32,000 bases of DNA, taken from NCBI RefSeq assembly GCF_053102595.1, contig NZ_CM129850.1; one strand, written 5' to 3'. A program made the translations under genes and the position numbers. Under the pieces are notes generated by a model. That model saw nothing but the letters and a program-made list of their open reading frames with translations, was not told where the DNA came from and did not search any database. This document shows, in pieces, positions 28,641-32,000 of this stretch (position 1 is the stretch's first letter; each line of letters opens with the position of its first letter).

Positions 28641-29014
28641 TGTTGCGCCTCCGGATGCTTACCCTGGGTAATGTTATTTACCATTCTGTAATTGTCGCGG
28701 GTCATCAGGCCTGTTGCCCGGCGAGCCCGGAGGATATCGATGCTGTTTATTAACTGAGAGCGGGGACAAATGCTGAATCCCGGCTGGTCGGTACGCACCA
28801 GCGCGTATTTTTCCACGAGAAAGTTCACCGCATCACACAGTGAAATGCCTGCCTCAATATGCTGCTCAATCACACGTTCATCGGCGAACGGTGTGTCATT
28901 CAGCGTGAGGCCGTAGTGCTGGTCCAGCAGTCGGGTGAGCAGTGTCTGCCAGATGGTGACGGGAGACGGGCAGCGCGATGCCTCCCGTACGTGTGTATCG
29001 GGTAATGTTTTCAT
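28637..29014 (-). CDS. cbtA: Type IV toxin CbtA (YeeV family)
   Basis: MKTLPDTHVREASRCPSPVTIWQTLLTRLLDQHYGLTLNDTPFADERVIEQHIEAGISLCDAVNFLVEKYALVRTD... is highly characteristic. Confidence 0.95.
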   Translation of the reverse strand: MKTLPDTHVREASRCPSPVTIWQTLLTRLLDQHYGLTLNDTPFADERVIEQHIEAGISLCDAVNFLVEKYALVRTDQPGFSICPRSQLINSIDILRARRATGLMTRDNYRMVNNITQGKHPEAQQ

Positions 29015-29103
29015 ACTGAAGGTTTTCCTGATATGCAGAGATAAAAAACGGGACAGTGGCGTGGTGAAAACACCAGGCCGGAGCAGAGGGTTATTCCGGT
29101 GGT

Positions 29104-29472
29104 TTACTTTTTCGTTTCGGGCGTCGGATAAACAGCCAGATAAACGTAACCACAGGAGCCGAGGGTGTCGGCTTCACAGGTCAGCCCCTTCGCATACAGT
29201 GTCACGGTATGCTGATGGCGGGGATTCAGTTCACCGCTGGTGAGCATGAGTTCCAGTTGTTTCATCAGCAGTGCAAAGGCCTGGTCCAGGTGGTATGCAT
29301 CTGCATTGCTGAACCGGCCTCTGATACCGGCGCGGTCGGCAAGGTAATGCAACCGGTTACCCTCCTGCACCAGACGTGCCCCGAAACAGGGCGTCACGGT
29401 GCAGGGCAGTCCCCACCAGAGGCGGTCGTGATTGTCGTCGGGATGCGTTGTCCCGGGCAGTGTGTCTGACAC
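29104..29472 (-). CDS. cbeA: Type IV antitoxin CbeA (YeeU family)
   Basis: MSDTLPGTTHPDDNHDRLWWGLPCTVTPCFGARLVQEGNRLHYLADRAGIRGRF..., directly upstream of cbtA. Confidence 0.95.
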   Translation of the reverse strand: MSDTLPGTTHPDDNHDRLWWGLPCTVTPCFGARLVQEGNRLHYLADRAGIRGRFSNADAYHLDQAFALLMKQLELMLTSGELNPRHQHTVTLYAKGLTCEADTLGSCGYVYLAVYPTPETKK

Positions 29473-29546
29473 GATAAAGTCCTCACAGAAAATCGGTTAA
29501 GAATGGTCCGGTGGCAGCGATAATTCGGCTCATCATTTCTCCTGAC

Positions 29547-29768
29547 TCAGTTCAGAGTGACGCTCATCAGCCGGACATACGGGCCAAAACTGTCCTTACG
29601 GCGTTCGGCAAACACAGCCAGCACACCGGGAATATCCTGCACTTCACGACCGGTATACGTCTCAGCACTGCCGTGCCAGCGGTACTTACCGGTGCAGAAC
29701 GGAAAAAGACGGGATGCAGGATGCTGTTGGTGAATACGCATGGCTTCACCACGGGTGATGATTTTCAT
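29547..29768 (-). CDS. DUF987 family (YeeT-like) protein
   Basis: MKIITRGEAMRIHQQHPASRLFPFCTGKYRWHGSAETYTGREVQDIPGVLAVFAERRKD. Confidence 0.88.
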   Translation of the reverse strand: MKIITRGEAMRIHQQHPASRLFPFCTGKYRWHGSAETYTGREVQDIPGVLAVFAERRKDSFGPYVRLMSVTLN

Positions 29769-29836
29769 AGTGTGATACCTCTGAAGACAGAAGATAAAAG
29801 TGAAAACAGGTGTGATGTGGTTGTGACGGTGACGGG

Positions 29837-30313
29837 TTAAAGCAGACCGTGTTCGGCAAAGGAGAAAACCTGACTGCCACCAACTATCAGATGGTCCGGT
29901 ACCCGGATATCCACCAGGGCCAGTGCCTGTACCAGACGTTCCGTGATAAGGCGGTCTGCCTTACTGGGGGTGACTTCACCGGACGGGTGATTGTGTGCCA
30001 GCACCACGGCTGCGGCATTGTGATACAGGGCGCGTTTAATCACTTCCCGGGGATGGACTTCCGTGCGGTTGATGGTGCCGGTGAAGAGGGTTTCACCGGC
30101 AATCAGCTGATTCTGGTTATTCAGATACAGCACCCGGAATTCTTCACGCTCCAGTCCCGCCATGTTCAGAATCAGCCATTCCCGTGCCGCACGGGTGGAG
30201 GTGAAGGCCACGCCGGGTTCATGAAGATGGCGGTCCAGGGTTTTCAGGGCCCGCAGAATGAGACTGCGCTCGCCGGGCGTCATCTCTCCGGGCAGAAAGG
30301 AAAGTTGTTGCAT
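29837..30313 (-). CDS. RadC-like JAB/MPN domain protein (YeeS family)
   Basis: LILRALKTLDRHLHEPG...EVIKRALYHNAAAVVLAHNHPSGEVTPSKADRLITERLVQALALVDIRVPDHLIVG contains the HNHPSG-type JAMM motif. Confidence 0.93.
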   Translation of the reverse strand: MQQLSFLPGEMTPGERSLILRALKTLDRHLHEPGVAFTSTRAAREWLILNMAGLEREEFRVLYLNNQNQLIAGETLFTGTINRTEVHPREVIKRALYHNAAAVVLAHNHPSGEVTPSKADRLITERLVQALALVDIRVPDHLIVGGSQVFSFAEHGLL

Positions 30314-30813
30314 TGTGCTTCTCTCCATTCAGTCGATGATGCGCATAATGGCGCTGCATTCCGGATGCTGCAGGGCGTAATCCCGCAGCCGGTAATAATG
30401 ACCGTCATGGCATAACACTCCGTACGACAGGCATGATGACTGTACGTCATCAGACAGGCAGCAATGCCGGCGGCTTCCGGGCTCATTTCAGCGCGGTTAC
30501 CGTTCATGGCATTGAACAGTACCCATGTTTCGTCATCATCGTCATCCGGTTCGGGTGCCATAAATGCCCCACCGTTGTTCAGGGTGTACAGATTCCAGAT
30601 ACCACCACAGTAGTCTTCGCACAGACGGTCCATCCAGCCGAAAACACGGGGCTCCAGGGTCACCCACTGTGGAATGAGGCCAAAATGCTGCGGCCAGAAG
30701 CTGATGCGCTGTTCATCAGAGACGGGAGTGGCAACCAGCTGAGGTGGGTTATTCCCTGATGCAGCGGTTACGGAAACAGAAGGTGTGGGGGAATTATGCG
30801 TAACGGTTGTCAT
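30280..30813 (-). pseudogene. KlcA/ArdB/YafX-like antirestriction protein gene with a probable 1-nt deletion in the 3' part
   Basis: N-terminal 130 or so aa match the ArdB/KlcA family (FWPQHFGLIPQWVTLEPRVFGWMDRLCEDYCGGIWNLYTLNNGGAFMAPEP...MSPEAAGIAACLMTYSHHACRTECYAMT). After about 30402 the conserved tail HYYRLRDYALQHPECSAIMRIID* is found only in a shifted frame, ending at 30329. Confidence 0.8.
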
Positions 30814-30904
30814 GAGATTATTCCTTATAAAAAGTAAATGAATGGAAGAATGTCCGGAGGCAGGGACGGAAGTGAGTCAGGACTGCGCTTTCAGGGAAAA
30901 GGCA

Positions 30905-31723
30905 TCAGCGCATGCTCTCCAGCAGTGTTTCTGCCATCACCCACAACGCCCGGTTGAGCTTAATGTCGGTGTCGATGCTGTGAATGGTACGGGTATGGAT
31001 ACGTTTTCCTCTGGCACTGCGACCGGAAATCCCGCCTTTCAGCATATTCTCCTGGATGGTCTGATAAGCACTCCACAGGTCCTTACCGTAATCCTCCCGG
31101 CGTCGTGGCGTCAGAATGTCGGCGGTGGTGACGGGCTGATGTTCGTCACCATAACGGTAAGTCAGTGCCGCCTGTGCCAGCGCCTGGCGTGCCGGTGGCG
31201 GCAGGACCAGCGACTGCATGGCGTCACGTTTCTCTTCAATCCGGTCAAACACGCCCACCACCTCGTAAGCCCCTTCAATGACTCTGTCCACCACATTTCC
31301 CCGGTGCGGAACACGCACTTCCCCCAGAGACTGACCACAGACGCAGCCGTTCTGGCAGACGAACCTGAAGTAACCCGGCAGCATCTGGTAGCTGGAGGTA
31401 CCGTCATGGGAGTTCAGCAGGATGATTTCAGGGACATGTTGTCCGTTTATCTCCCCGTCACGGCGCAGACGCAGCATGTGTTTGGTATACCCCCGGCGGC
31501 CCGGGTCGCGCACACGGGTCTGGCAGGCGAAGAATGGCTGAAAGCCTTCCCGCTGCAGGCTTTCCAGGACGGTGATGGTGGGAATGTACGCATACCGTTC
31601 ACTGCGGGAGGTATGCCGGTCTTCCCCAAAAATACTGGGTACATAGTGCATCAGTTCTTCATGTGTCAGCGGACGGTCACGGCGGATCTGGTTTACATGA
31701 CCAAAACGACTTGCTAATCGCAT
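30905..31723 (-). CDS. DUF932 family protein (YafZ/YkfF-module type)
   Basis: MRLASRFGHVNQIRRDRPLTHEELMHYVPSIFGEDRHTSRSERYAYIPTITVLESLQREGFQPFFACQTRVRDPGRRGYTKHMLRLR... Confidence 0.88.
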   Translation of the reverse strand: MRLASRFGHVNQIRRDRPLTHEELMHYVPSIFGEDRHTSRSERYAYIPTITVLESLQREGFQPFFACQTRVRDPGRRGYTKHMLRLRRDGEINGQHVPEIILLNSHDGTSSYQMLPGYFRFVCQNGCVCGQSLGEVRVPHRGNVVDRVIEGAYEVVGVFDRIEEKRDAMQSLVLPPPARQALAQAALTYRYGDEHQPVTTADILTPRRREDYGKDLWSAYQTIQENMLKGGISGRSARGKRIHTRTIHSIDTDIKLNRALWVMAETLLESMR

Positions 31724-31813
31724 GATTTGCTCCTTATGAAGAGTTACGCGGTATAAATGAAAAAGCCGCGTCTCCCGGAGAAGACGCGGCCTGACAGATG
31801 AAATGAATGACGT

Positions 31814-32000
31814 TTATTGTCTGAGAAGCCCTTCACTGACGAGCCTCGCATTAAGCTGTTTTCCGGCATCGGGTTCAGAGTTCCGGCAGCACCAGCGTAG
31901 CTGACCTTCAGCATTGCGGATAACCAACCGGAAATGCATTCCCTGGTCATCTTCAATAAACACATTGCGGTAAGCTGTTATGACAGCAACCGCCTGCCCG
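31814..32000 (-). CDS. DUF905 family protein, 5' end beyond the window
   Basis: Not in the ORF track. Minus-strand frame reads [61 protein letters not shown] without interruption. Confidence 0.85.
   Translation of the reverse strand, partial: GQAVAVITAYRNVFIEDDQGMHFRLVIRNAEGQLRWCCRNSEPDAGKQLNARLVSEGLLRQ

Noticed and set aside
29849-30759. Plus-strand ORFs opposite the radC-like and antirestriction genes (188 aa and 108 aa)
   Set aside because: Overlap strongly supported minus-strand genes and lack recognisable domains. Shadow ORFs.
30842-31717. 291-aa plus-strand ORF opposite the DUF932 gene
   Set aside because: Fully antisense to a well-recognised conserved gene, His/Cys-rich unnatural composition, no family resemblance. 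Antisense shadow ORF.

Overview
The window is Escherichia chromosomal backbone (adeQ-yicN-nepI ... yicS-nlpA-yicL-setC) interrupted by two separate accessory blocks. Block 1, about 3.7-22.6 kb, lies between nepI and yicS. It holds a giant 3807-aa inverse autotransporter adhesin with 20 in-register 291-bp repeats, a HilA-like regulator, and a SipD/SipC/SipB (IpaD/IpaC/IpaB)-like type III translocator operon with its SycD/SicA/IpgC-type chaperone. From memory of the literature this is the eip/eilA/air locus described in enteroaggregative E. coli, so I do not claim it as a new system. No secretion-apparatus genes are present in the window. Block 2 starts at about 26.86 kb, where a 24-nt copy of the 3' end of selC (tRNA-Sec) marks an island junction. 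It carries a CP4-44/yeeRSTUV-like module: DUF4942, DUF957, DUF5983, CbtA/CbeA, DUF987, RadC-like, a frameshifted KlcA/ArdB-like antirestriction gene, DUF932 and DUF905. A small RelE/HigB-like plus Xre toxin-antitoxin pair sits between yicN and nepI. The least explained items are the 60-aa ORF between the chaperone and eipB, the higher-order mosaic structure of the adhesin repeats, the orphan translocator set, and the DUF5983 ORF translationally overlapping cbtA. Family assignments come from protein sequence recognition without database searches.
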